From: Amoebidium appalachense
Taxonomy: Eukaryota > Protista > Ichthyosporea
DNA: 25,092 nucleotides
Direction: 5' to 3'
Assembly: GCA_963693365.1 (NCBI GenBank)
Contig: CAVNZM010000056.1
Span: 1 to 25,092 of the forward strand
The first letter of the stretch is position 1. Every line of letters begins with the position of its first letter. Of this stretch, positions 1 to 21,738 are shown one piece after another. The notes under the pieces are model-generated. The model made no database searches. It saw only the letters and a list, made by a program, of their open reading frames with translations, and had not been told where the DNA came from. A program made the translations under genes and the position numbers.

Positions 1-12983
<12,983 letters not shown>

Positions 12984-13217
12984 AAGGGGAGAAGGGGGGG
13001 GGGGGGGGGGGGGGGGAGGGGGGGGGGGGGGGGGGAGGAAGAGAGGGGGGAGGGGGAAGGGCTGGCGAGGAGGACTTGCAACTTCTAATTTTTTGGTAAA
13101 CCTAGGTTTTGTTGGTACACAAAGGCCACGATCATATTCTATAAGCGTATTTAATGACCATTTAATTAATATATATTTCTCTGCAACAGGTCTCAATCAA
13201 TTGTTATCGCGTGGAGG

Positions 13218-13253
<36 letters not shown>

Positions 13254-15482
13254 GGGTCCTTCTGTTGCCGTATTTGTTATTTTTATTCAAAGTTTTCTGT
13301 TCTTTTTTCTTTTATCTTTTCTTTTCTTTTCTTTTTTCTTTTCTTTCTTTCTTTCTTTCTTTTTTTTCTTTTCGGTGTGTGTGTGTGTTGGGGGGGGGGG
13401 GGGGGGGGGGGGGTGTTAATATTAGATTGAGCCACAAGCACCGCAGGAGCTTAATTGATTTCCTTCAATGATCTACCAGCACTGAACTGATGAGTCAATG
13501 CTGCTTCAGCCTGCTGAATATTTCGATGAATTGACCTCTCATGCAAAAGTTCTCTCGTGAATGAATGATAACCTGGTCGACGTGTGATACTTGCGCGGTT
13601 TCAGAAACAAATGCTTCTGAGTGGACCATTAAAATCATAACCAATAACAACCATTGGCTGACTGTTCAGTATGTATTTATGTGCACCTGTTGATTGGAGC
13701 TGGCCTCCACCTTAGGTCCTTGTGCATACACACACAAATAGAATACACACCTGCACGGCGGCCTCTTGGCACACCTCTGGTGTATACGTAACCATCGATA
13801 TCTGACCCCTCCCTATATTTTGCAACCCTCCCCCCCCCCTGCCCGGCCGCCCGGCCTCTTTGATTCTTCTTAAATTTAGTTTAACTTAGTAGAATTAGTA
13901 CTGAGTGCAAATTTAAGGGTGATATTAAGTTTTGAAGTTAGCCGTCCATGGTGACTGTCAGTGAACATTTGATCATGTGACCGTGCAGCCCCAACCACTC
14001 CGGACATGGCCACCACGCCAAATATTATGTCACAACGCATGCATGCGCGGCTTGATCAAACGTAAAGGCGTACACACATTACTGGTCTATAGTACTTGCA
14101 CTTCGCAAACATAGGTCCGCGCGCGGACACACACACGTTCACACACACCCAAATCGTGGCAGAGGGCCAAACTGTGTAGGTGCATGCACACACGCACACG
14201 TGCACACGTGTACAGGCACACCGTAGCGCAAATTTGAGCAGAGTTATGCACACACTACACGTACGCCACCTATATACACAAGTCAAAATGCACACACACA
14301 AATACACCATGGGAAGTGTACATCACTGTCACCTGTACAGGTGCATATGGCTGGGTTACGTAGACCTGAACACTCTTGTGTCTCAACGGTGTCGACGTGT
14401 CATGGCGAGTACCGAATACACACTATAGTTCAGCATTTTCAGGTTAGCAGTCCACCATAGCTGGTAGCACACTAGTTTTTCTTGCAACCAAACCATAGTA
14501 TTAGCAAGCACACAGCCACCTGCTAGGACCCTGCCTCCACAAATCCTTCCTCACCAGATTCTGAAGGCAAAAAGGGAATAACCTGGTGTTTCGGAACTAC
14601 AAGCAGAACGGGTTGGCATGATAAATCTCTCTGGGAAGTATAGCTTTGAAAAAAGCTACACCCCAACACGACCAGCGTGCCGGAGAAAATAACGGTCGGG
14701 CCAGCAGACCGTTGAGCCAAAAGCCTTTCCTTGGCTCATTCCTTTCTTTTCTGTCTTTCATCTTTTTTTTTTTTTTTTTTCTTTTTTTTTTTTTCCCGTC
14801 CCATACCCAGCCTTTCCCCTCCTAAACTGGGCTTACCATGCCCCAGTACCTAACCAAACTCCTATTTTCATTGAAACCTTAGCGCCTTTCTCATATTCAC
14901 ACAAGTCTCATTTGCCTAACTCCTCTGCTCGTTAAAATATTATAGACACACGCTCACTCATATCACCCCCCCCCCCCCCCCCCCTTTTTTTTTTAATTAA
15001 TTTTTTTCTTTTTTTGCTCCCCCCCCCCCCCCCCCCCCCCCCCCTCCCCCAGAGCCTGCTTTCCAATCCCATACACTACACAAACATATATAACATCAGA
15101 AGTACAAAAGCCAAATAGGACATCCCTGCTTTAATAAGATCAGGCGTTGCTTCATGCATATATCCAAAACACTAGTATAATCTATAGACATGGGGTAAGT
15201 CAGTGGTGCTCTCATGAATCAGTTTTTGCACAAAATACTCGTCACAATTTAAAGTATTAAAACAATTATCGTTTCTGCACGCTGCACACATGCTGTCAGT
15301 TGGGAGGGCCAAAACATATAAAGGCACCCAATGAGCAGTTTCACGTACTGCAAACGGCAGGTAAGACCACCGTGTTCCGGAAGGCGCGCGTCGAGTAAAC
15401 CGTCAACCGTAGATTGTTTACATTCGCTCGTGCAATCAGTAGTAGCAATCATACCATCCGCCAAAACATACCAAATAGGCGT

Positions 15483-16133
15483 CTAGTCGTGTCGACCGTG
15501 TCCAGTTACAGCACGAGAGTCACCCGCCGAGCTCAGGTTCAACATAGCCTTCAAGTCTCTTGAAAGTTGGTCCTTGTCGCACGTGTCTTTCAGCCAAGAC
15601 ATGGGAGGCGGAGGGAGCACAAAAGGCTCCGGTGCCAAAGTGTACACCCCTGCTGCGTAGAAAGAATCACTGTCTTCTCCTGAATCTTGTTCACTGTTGC
15701 AAGAAATCGTGCGCTGCCGCGGTGTCACATCACCAGAGTAAAACATTGGTTGCGGGAAGAAGTTTGCAGTTGGTGCAGAAGAGCCATACGTAAACGAAGC
15801 CGCGTGAGGAATGTAGTAGTTGTAGTGGCTTGGTGGAACCGGAACAGGGGTAGTGGGCGTAGACTTCAGTTCTGAATTACGTTTGTTATTTTTGCTCTTG
15901 CCACTCTTTGGTGTTTGTGGCTCGTTGCTCGTGGTTGGGCGTGCCTTCAGAGGTGTCTTTGCGCGCCTTTTTTCTTGTGGAGTGGTGACAGGAACGGTCA
16001 AGGGCTCGATGGGAAAAACAGGTGCAGAGTTCACAGTTGCAAGACGAGGTTTGCTTGTTTTTTGGTTTGATGGTTGCACAGTTTCTATCATTCTTTGCGC
16101 CTTCTGAGGCGTAGTATCAACATTAGGCGCCAT
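15483..16133 (-). CDS. PNRC/Edc1-type protein (proline-rich nuclear receptor coactivator motif; mRNA decapping activator), 216 aa
   Basis: Disordered Pro/Thr/Lys-rich protein. Its C-terminal FYAAGVYTLAPEPFVLPPPPMSW...LSRDLKAMLNL matches the PNRC signature (YAG-x-F-x-x-P-x-P-x-x-LP-x-P-x-x-W, followed by an LKxLLx-type helix). ATG is in an aaaATGG context and the ORF is uninterrupted. Confidence 0.75.
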   Translation of the reverse strand: MAPNVDTTPQKAQRMIETVQPSNQKTSKPRLATVNSAPVFPIEPLTVPVTTPQEKRRAKTPLKARPTTSNEPQTPKSGKSKNNKRNSELKSTPTTPVPVPPSHYNYYIPHAASFTYGSSAPTANFFPQPMFYSGDVTPRQRTISCNSEQDSGEDSDSFYAAGVYTLAPEPFVLPPPPMSWLKDTCDKDQLSRDLKAMLNLSSAGDSRAVTGHGRHD

Positions 16134-16449
16134 TTTGAAGTAGTAAGCGCGCTAGCGCTGAACACGCAGACACTTAAAAGAAACGACACACACTTGAAAA
16201 AAACAAAACTGGAAACCCAAAGCCTGTGGGCCTTCGGCTGGGAAGCTTGCGGTGTGGCAGCCAGCAATGGCTGGGAGACTCAAAGAGCGGTAACACCAGC
16301 AAGATGATAAGTGCGCTCAACAGTGCATTTAATTGCGTTGTTATATTTTAAAGCTTTTATTCCCTGCTTTTATGCTCTAAACTCTAGGAGCCTAAGAATT
16401 CAATGTTGCCGGATTTAGCGTCAGGGCTAAACGTGGGCAAACGTGTATG

Positions 16450-16597
16450 CCTCCGTCTACAATACATTACCAAATTCAGGTTTTTTTTCTTTTTCTTTTT
16501 CAGGAAAAGGTGTAAAGAGATACATACCTCCGTCTACATTACCGAATTCAGGTTTTTTTCTTTTTCTTTTTACAGGAAAAGGTGTAAAGAGGTACAT
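16450..16597 (+). repeat. ~75-bp imperfect direct tandem duplication
   Basis: cctccgtctac...attacc(a/g)aattcaggttttttt-ctttttctttt(t/ta)caggaaaaggtgtaaagag(a/g)tacat at 16450-16526 and 16527-16597. Confidence 0.9.
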
Positions 16598-17032
16598 GGA
16601 TTTTATTTTGATGTACCTTTGAAGCCAAGCGTATGGTTTCTTTTCATCATTTTTAAATGTACTGCTCATGAGCTCACGGCTACATAGGCAGTAGTTAGGC
16701 AGGGATCTGCAGATTCTGCGCCAATCAACAAGGTCACCTCCTTACGTAAGTCACGGTAAGTGCCAAACCTGGCACATTTTGATCAGTGCAAGCGCATGCA
16801 TGTCAAGCTCTCATAGACAATCCAAGTCATTTAAGCCTTCCCGTATATTTAGCAAAAAGAATATCGTAATCAAAATTATCTTTTTAATACTCTTCTACCC
16901 TTCCATTACATGCTCTGGGTTTGTTGTATGATTCTCAGGTGTAAACGTTGCGATTCCTGATTGGTATTCATTTTGCCCATATATGGTTAGATGCGATTAC
17001 AGTTGGGATATTCGGGTTGGTTGTAAGGTTTT

Positions 17033-17177
17033 CCGGGTCGGGCCGAAGGCCCTAACGGGCCGCAGGCCCGCCTATTGGGCCGCCAGGCCCTAGGCCTGGG
17101 GCCCGGGGCCCCGGGGACCGGGGGGCCCGGCCCGGCCCGCGAGCCACCCCGCCCGGCCCGGCCCGCGGGGGAGGGGG
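17033..17177. other. Extremely GC-rich palindromic/hairpin tract at the host-virus transition
   Basis: Inverted repeats gggcc-gaa-ggccc (17040-17052), cgggcc-gca-ggcccg (17056-17070), ccaggcc-cta-ggcctgg (17083-17099) and ggcc-cgg-ggcc (17100-17110). Direct repeat gcccggcccggcccgcg at 17125-17141 and 17151-17167. Confidence 0.8.
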
Positions 17178-17205
17178 TTAGCAGGCCAAAAAGGCTTGGC
17201 AGAGG

Positions 17206-18216
17206 ATGGCGACAGGTGAGACGAGACCGGTGACTGGGAGTCCCCAAGACCCGGTCAAAGTGACTGGGAGTCCCCAAGATCCGATCAAAGTGACTGGGCG
17301 TCCCCAAGATCTGATTGGTCGAGAGACTTGGGATGACATCATCAACATCAAGCTGCGCGGCGTAAGCAAGCCCACCCCGATGGCCCCCTTCAAGACCCTG
17401 CTCGAGATCATCTACCTGCTGCCCGGCAAGCGTGCACACGAGGTGCGCCGCACGAGCGCGGCGTACATGTCGCGTCTGCTCGCCGGCGACCTGTCGCTCA
17501 TCGACGACATCGAGGCCCGCTACACCAACAGCACGCCCGAGGAGCGCGAGTTCTTCCGTAACGGCGTCGAGGAGACCCCCGAGCGCGCGGCCAAGCGCAC
17601 GGCCCGCGAGGCGCAGCTGGAGGAGCTGGTGGCCGAGAAGACCAAGCTGCTGAAGGTTGCCATGGAGCTGATGGACGAGCAGCGGCTGACCATTGCGCTG
17701 CGCAACGGGGCCATCCGCCAGATGCGCGAGCAGATCAACTCGGACCCCCACACGCTCAACGAGCGCGTGCTGCCCGATGACGTAGGCAAGTGTGCACTGG
17801 ACGTCGGATGCGAGGTGCTGCGCGCACGCCTGCTCAACTTTGCCAACAGCGTGGTGAGTGCGCTGTTCTCCGACCAGACATCGGGCGAGGCGTGGCTGAT
17901 CCGCAAGTTCGTCAAGGACACCATCGGCGTGAGCATCTGGGACGAGAAGGAGGGGCGCGTGAGCGTGGTGCTTGCCCGCACGGCAGTGCAGGGAGCCATC
18001 AAGCGCCGGATCATCGAGGGGTGGAAGCGCAACGTCACCTACTGCACGGAGATGACGGTGCTCGAGGCGTACACGGTGCTCAGTAGGGCACGGGACTGGC
18101 TGTGCCTGCACATGCCCAAGACACAGCACACACACAACTTCAGCGACGTGGTGGACCTCCTGGAGTCCAAGTACACGGGGGTCCAGCCGCTTGCCATGGA
18201 GCCGGCACTTGTTTGA
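17206..18216 (+). CDS. Bro-N/antirepressor-like viral DNA-binding protein with central coiled coil, 336 aa, possibly N-terminally truncated
   Basis: TPMAPFKTLLEIIYLLPGKRAHEVRRTSAAYMSRLLAGDLSLIDDIEAR resembles, from memory, a motif (TP...L.EII..LPGK.A...RR..A....R.L.GD.SL..EIE) common in large-DNA-virus Bro-like proteins. Very strong GC3 codon bias supports coding. Confidence 0.6.
   Translation: MATGETRPVTGSPQDPVKVTGSPQDPIKVTGRPQDLIGRETWDDIINIKLRGVSKPTPMAPFKTLLEIIYLLPGKRAHEVRRTSAAYMSRLLAGDLSLIDDIEARYTNSTPEEREFFRNGVEETPERAAKRTAREAQLEELVAEKTKLLKVAMELMDEQRLTIALRNGAIRQMREQINSDPHTLNERVLPDDVGKCALDVGCEVLRARLLNFANSVVSALFSDQTSGEAWLIRKFVKDTIGVSIWDEKEGRVSVVLARTAVQGAIKRRIIEGWKRNVTYCTEMTVLEAYTVLSRARDWLCLHMPKTQHTHNFSDVVDLLESKYTGVQPLAMEPALV
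17230..17314 (+). repeat. 30-bp in-frame coding tandem repeat x~3 (VTGSPQDPVK)
   Basis: gtgactggg(a/c)gtccccaaga(c/t)c.. starts at 17230, 17260 and 17290. Confidence 0.9.
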
Positions 18217-18311
18217 CGCGTGGTGGTTTTGGATAGACAAATCTAGGTTGAGGATGATAGGTGTTTGGTGGCTGTAAATTATTATAGGAGAGTAAGACAG
18301 ATACACCCACC

Positions 18312-19421
18312 ATGGCGTCAGAGGAAGTAGAGACCTCCATAGAAGACAAAAAACACACCGAAACCACTGAAATGACACTGCACAAAGTAATTGAAGAGAA
18401 AATCCATCACATATTAGATGACCTCGAGACCAAGACTAGAACGACAGTCTCCCCAGGAGTCACACAGGCTGTACTGGAAACAATGTCAAATGTATTGCCG
18501 CTCTTGACTTCCAGTAAGGCATTAGATTCGAAGTCTGTAAAATTCAAGAACATCGAAAATAAAATAAAAAGAATCAAGTCCGAGTCCACCAAACTGGGAG
18601 AGGCTCTCAAAACTCTAGGAGAGTTCAATGAATTGGTGAGAGACACCAGAAACAAGGTTGTCGTCAGTTTGGGGTCTGAAAACATTGCCGAGAAAATATC
18701 AAGGGAAACCGACACACTCAACGCTTCGCTGGGCAAGCTCGCGGCCCAATTAGAAAACAACAGATCCTTGATTGACGCAATCGACATATCCGGAAAAAAC
18801 ACGACCGAGTACAAACGAAGGCTGGAAGCCTTGATCGTACAATCAAGCAGCAACACCCGAGGAACAAACACGACAGGCTATCATTACAGGCCCCGAGATT
18901 CGGATGTTTGGATGGCCACTTTTGTTGACATATACAGCGGAAAGGTGTTTGTCCAAGCGCAATCACCCTGGGTTCTGTGCGACGGCATCATCAAGAGGGC
19001 CATTTTTTCAGGCCTGATGGTGTTTCAAGGAGAAAGAGGGTCCAACTGTTGGGTGCTGAAAATCCCAGGATCAAACAGATATATAGTGATCCCCCTCCAA
19101 CGATGCACGGCCAAAAAAGTCGAGATGTTTGATGGTGTGACATTCATGGAGTCATCTGTGGATGTCTTGTTGTTTGCCGGAGACCAGGACTTTGCTTATG
19201 GGTGCATGCTGGCATACCAACACGCAATGGCGGGCCTGTGGACGATAGCACACGTTACAACAAACTGCTTTGCACGGTCATGTGGTTTTGGGAAGGAGGG
19301 AGACCCTGAAGCAACGCACGAGCCCACGCGGGAAGACTTGTCCGGGGACACACAGGCGGTCCATGGCTACATACAGGCCCTGCAATCCTCATCCATCCAG
19401 GATTCGGTGGATGGTATATAA
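18312..19421 (+). CDS. Hypothetical protein, 369 aa; N-terminal coiled coil plus C-terminal beta-rich domain
   Basis: Long open frame with accATGG start. The N-half is heptad-like and rich in Lys/Glu/Leu. The ORF tiles between its neighbours, but no family was recognised. Confidence 0.75.
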   Translation: MASEEVETSIEDKKHTETTEMTLHKVIEEKIHHILDDLETKTRTTVSPGVTQAVLETMSNVLPLLTSSKALDSKSVKFKNIENKIKRIKSESTKLGEALKTLGEFNELVRDTRNKVVVSLGSENIAEKISRETDTLNASLGKLAAQLENNRSLIDAIDISGKNTTEYKRRLEALIVQSSSNTRGTNTTGYHYRPRDSDVWMATFVDIYSGKVFVQAQSPWVLCDGIIKRAIFSGLMVFQGERGSNCWVLKIPGSNRYIVIPLQRCTAKKVEMFDGVTFMESSVDVLLFAGDQDFAYGCMLAYQHAMAGLWTIAHVTTNCFARSCGFGKEGDPEATHEPTREDLSGDTQAVHGYIQALQSSSIQDSVDGI

Positions 19422-19457
19422 GCGACGACCTGCCATGTCTCATGTGTCATATTCAAG

Positions 19458-20759
19458 ATGAACCAGTGGACGACAGTCGAATCTGCCTCCGTGCCCCACG
19501 TGATGAAATGCGAGCGCATCACCTACGCCAACCTGGATCGCAACATCACCGGTCTGGGCGTGGTGGATGGTATATTGTACATGGCGATGGAACATCTTGT
19601 TTTTCAAGTCAACAACGCCGGTCGGATAACTAACCGGAGTGCCGAGCTGAATCCAGGGAAACGCATCAAGGTCATCACGGCCGTTGTCCCATCGGACCGG
19701 ACACTCGTTGACCCTGTTCTTGTCGGCCGAGCTGGATCTCCAACGGAGTACATTGTCCTTGACAGCTACACCCCTGGCATCATACAAGCACACCAAGTGG
19801 GGTTTGTGGCTGACGACCACCAACAGCTATACCTCGAGAATGGGGTGCCAGCATGTTCGCCCCGCCCCCCGATGCCCGTCCGCGATCTGTCGCCCCTGAT
19901 AGGCGGTGTATGGTGCTGCAATCACATGTCCACACGCGGCTACCACAAGCACGACAGAGAAGAAACCAGGAGCTGGATATTCGACACCACGACACAGTGC
20001 GTCTTCGAGGTGTCGGTGCACGGGGTCGGATATGTAGCGGGGCCGTTCACCGAAGTTACAGGCGAATCCCACGCGGCCGTGCACATTGCCGTGTCTGGCC
20101 CTGTAATCTACATGGCTTCGGGAATCAGCTTGTACCGCATAACCCGGCACGCACTGTTCGGCTATTCCACCCAGCAAGCGCCTTACAGGCGTGTCCTAGC
20201 CGACTTTCCGGGTGGGAGGCACATAACCCTGTTGGACGGCAGCGTGAATGCCTGCGCCGAACTCTTGTCCCATTCGAACGGCTTCTTCAGGGTGCTCCTG
20301 GGCACCGGGTACATGGAGCACACCGAAGGCCCTCGTCTGGCAGTAACCACACGGGTGTTTCACTGTGTCCTGCAGTACTTCCACATGGGCAACATCGAGC
20401 TCCCGGCCGACGACAAGCACACGCTCTCGGCCCTCTTTGAACTCGCGGAGTTCGCCTGGTACATAGGGGCCGAGCAACTGAGCCGTGCCGCCCTGTACCG
20501 CGTCCTGTCTCACATGAACGCCCCGAACAGGCGCTTCTTGATGCACGACGAGACACCGGACTGGTACAGTGTTTTGGCGCGAATCAACCACGCGAGCCTT
20601 CCCGCAGAGGAGCTGGCCCTGGCGTTTTTCAAGCACGTCTTTGCGCTGCTGCTGCTCCTGAACACGCGTGCGTGCGTGCCCGAGAGTGCCCTGCCGGATG
20701 AGGTGACGCGCGCGGACCTGTTGTATCTCCACAACACGCCCTACCGGCACATGTATTGA
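19458..20759 (+). CDS. BTB/POZ-domain protein with N-terminal beta-propeller-like repeats, 433 aa
   Basis: ACAELLSHSNGFFRVLLGTGYMEH...RVFHCVLQYFHMGNIEL...LFELAEFAWYIGAEQL (~20223-20510) follows the BTB pattern. ITGLGVVDGILYMA and HIAVSGPVIYMA look like NHL/propeller blades. Confidence 0.65.
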   Translation: MNQWTTVESASVPHVMKCERITYANLDRNITGLGVVDGILYMAMEHLVFQVNNAGRITNRSAELNPGKRIKVITAVVPSDRTLVDPVLVGRAGSPTEYIVLDSYTPGIIQAHQVGFVADDHQQLYLENGVPACSPRPPMPVRDLSPLIGGVWCCNHMSTRGYHKHDREETRSWIFDTTTQCVFEVSVHGVGYVAGPFTEVTGESHAAVHIAVSGPVIYMASGISLYRITRHALFGYSTQQAPYRRVLADFPGGRHITLLDGSVNACAELLSHSNGFFRVLLGTGYMEHTEGPRLAVTTRVFHCVLQYFHMGNIELPADDKHTLSALFELAEFAWYIGAEQLSRAALYRVLSHMNAPNRRFLMHDETPDWYSVLARINHASLPAEELALAFFKHVFALLLLLNTRACVPESALPDEVTRADLLYLHNTPYRHMY

Positions 20760-20821
20760 ACATGTGTAGCATCTTGGGCTGCCATTTATTTTCTGTTCCA
20801 CTGGTAATGGGACGTCCTGGC

Positions 20822-21223
20822 ATGGAAATATCCTCTATTGACGGCCTGAAAGGTGTGCTCCGGGATTACACGACGCTCCACGCCCAGCTCAAGGAGCAGA
20901 GCGCACAAACCAAACCCATCAGCCGAAAACTGAACACGATAAAGAAGGCCATTCTCAAGTATATGTCCACCGAGAACGTGCGGTCACTGGAACTGCCCAC
21001 CAAGGACCTGTTGATTCTCCACGAGGCCGTCAAGAAGCCCTCGCTGAGCGAGAACTATCTGCGAAAGCAGTTCGAGGTGTACTTCAAGGACACCAAGCAG
21101 GCCAACGACCTCCTGGCATTTCTCTCCGCCGTCCCCGAGGAGGAGGTGGCCACGAAGCAGTCTCTAAAGCACATCGACAAGGACAACTACATCGAAACCG
21201 AGTCCGTTGTAGATGACGAGTAG
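20822..21223 (+). CDS. DUF5760-like small coiled-coil protein of nucleocytoviruses (alternative start 20807)
   Basis: LKGVLRDYTTLHAQLKEQ...LNTIKKAILKYMSTENVRSLEL...KKPSLSENYLRKQFEVYFKDTKQANDLLAFL...KQSLK fits the size and pattern I recall for DUF5760. GC3-rich codons. Confidence 0.6.
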   Translation: MEISSIDGLKGVLRDYTTLHAQLKEQSAQTKPISRKLNTIKKAILKYMSTENVRSLELPTKDLLILHEAVKKPSLSENYLRKQFEVYFKDTKQANDLLAFLSAVPEEEVATKQSLKHIDKDNYIETESVVDDE

Positions 21224-21255
21224 GGGTGGATTTCTCTTCCCTCTGGCAGGGCGGT

Positions 21256-21269
21256 TTTATTCAAATAAA
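21256..21269. terminator. Bidirectional polyadenylation signal between convergent genes
   Basis: tttatt-ca-aataaa places AATAAA on both strands as an inverted repeat, between the + strand stop at 21223 and the - strand stop at 21277. Confidence 0.55.
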
Positions 21270-21276
21270 CACGGGA

Positions 21277-21510
21277 TCACACCATTCTGACCAATCTCAA
21301 AGGATATGTCGTAGTCACTGTCTCCCCCCCAGCCATAGCCGTCCTGAATGGCAAACCCCACGTGTAGTCTTGAACGTGGTACTCCGGCTCCCACAGCCCT
21401 CGTAGCCGCTTTGCTTTTCGTTTCCGCTTTGCCCGGGCTCTCTTTGCCCTGCGTCGCGCGGCCGTGCGGCTGTTTCTGCAGCACTGTGTGGCGCCGGCCC
21501 TCCGTGACAT
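21277..21510 (-). CDS. Small Arg/Lys-rich basic protein (77 aa from MSRRAG; 88 aa from 21543)
   Basis: Contains RTAARRRAKRARAKRKRKAKRLR. The stop lies 8 nt before a - strand-compatible AATAAA element, and the ORF fills an otherwise empty gap. Confidence 0.4.
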   Translation of the reverse strand: MSRRAGATQCCRNSRTAARRRAKRARAKRKRKAKRLRGLWEPEYHVQDYTWGLPFRTAMAGGETVTTTYPLRLVRMV

Positions 21511-21537
21511 TGTATATGCCCTACACCAAACACCGCC

Positions 21538-21738
21538 ATGCACTCCTCCGACCCGTTTTCGCCAGCACTACAACAGCGCGAACCACAACACGTACACACC
21601 GACCACAGGAGTCACGCGCACTGGCTGAGCAGGTGTCTGCTGCTTGTCTACCTTGCCGTCCACCCCTACGTTCTTGTCTTCGTACCGCTGCCGGTCCTAA
21701 AGTTCTTTGTGAACAGGAAGCTCAAGAAGAGCCCGTGA
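21538..21738 (+). CDS. Possible small membrane protein, 66 aa
   Basis: gccATG start; hydrophobic stretch CLLLVYLAVHPYVLVFVPLPVLKFFV followed by a basic tail. Converges on, and overlaps by 17 nt, the YqaJ stop. Confidence 0.3.
   Translation: MHSSDPFSPALQQREPQHVHTDHRSHAHWLSRCLLLVYLAVHPYVLVFVPLPVLKFFVNRKLKKSP

Noticed and set aside
13487-13542. CTGATGA followed by a gtcaat/attgac stem, resembling a hammerhead ribozyme
   Set aside because: The required GAAA after stem II is absent, and stems I and III are not evident.
14056-14720. Short ORFs (65-84 aa) between ArgRS and PNRC
   Set aside because: Low-complexity or alternative-start ORFs with no motif or codon-bias support.
16690-16696. AGTAGT as a Polinton/Maverick terminal repeat start
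   Set aside because: A 6-mer match is expected by chance, no pPolB, integrase or capsid gene follows, and the other end is not visible.
16987-18378. 463-aa ORF on the - strand
   Set aside because: Antisense shadow of the GC3-rich + strand gene 17206-18216; no recognisable motifs.
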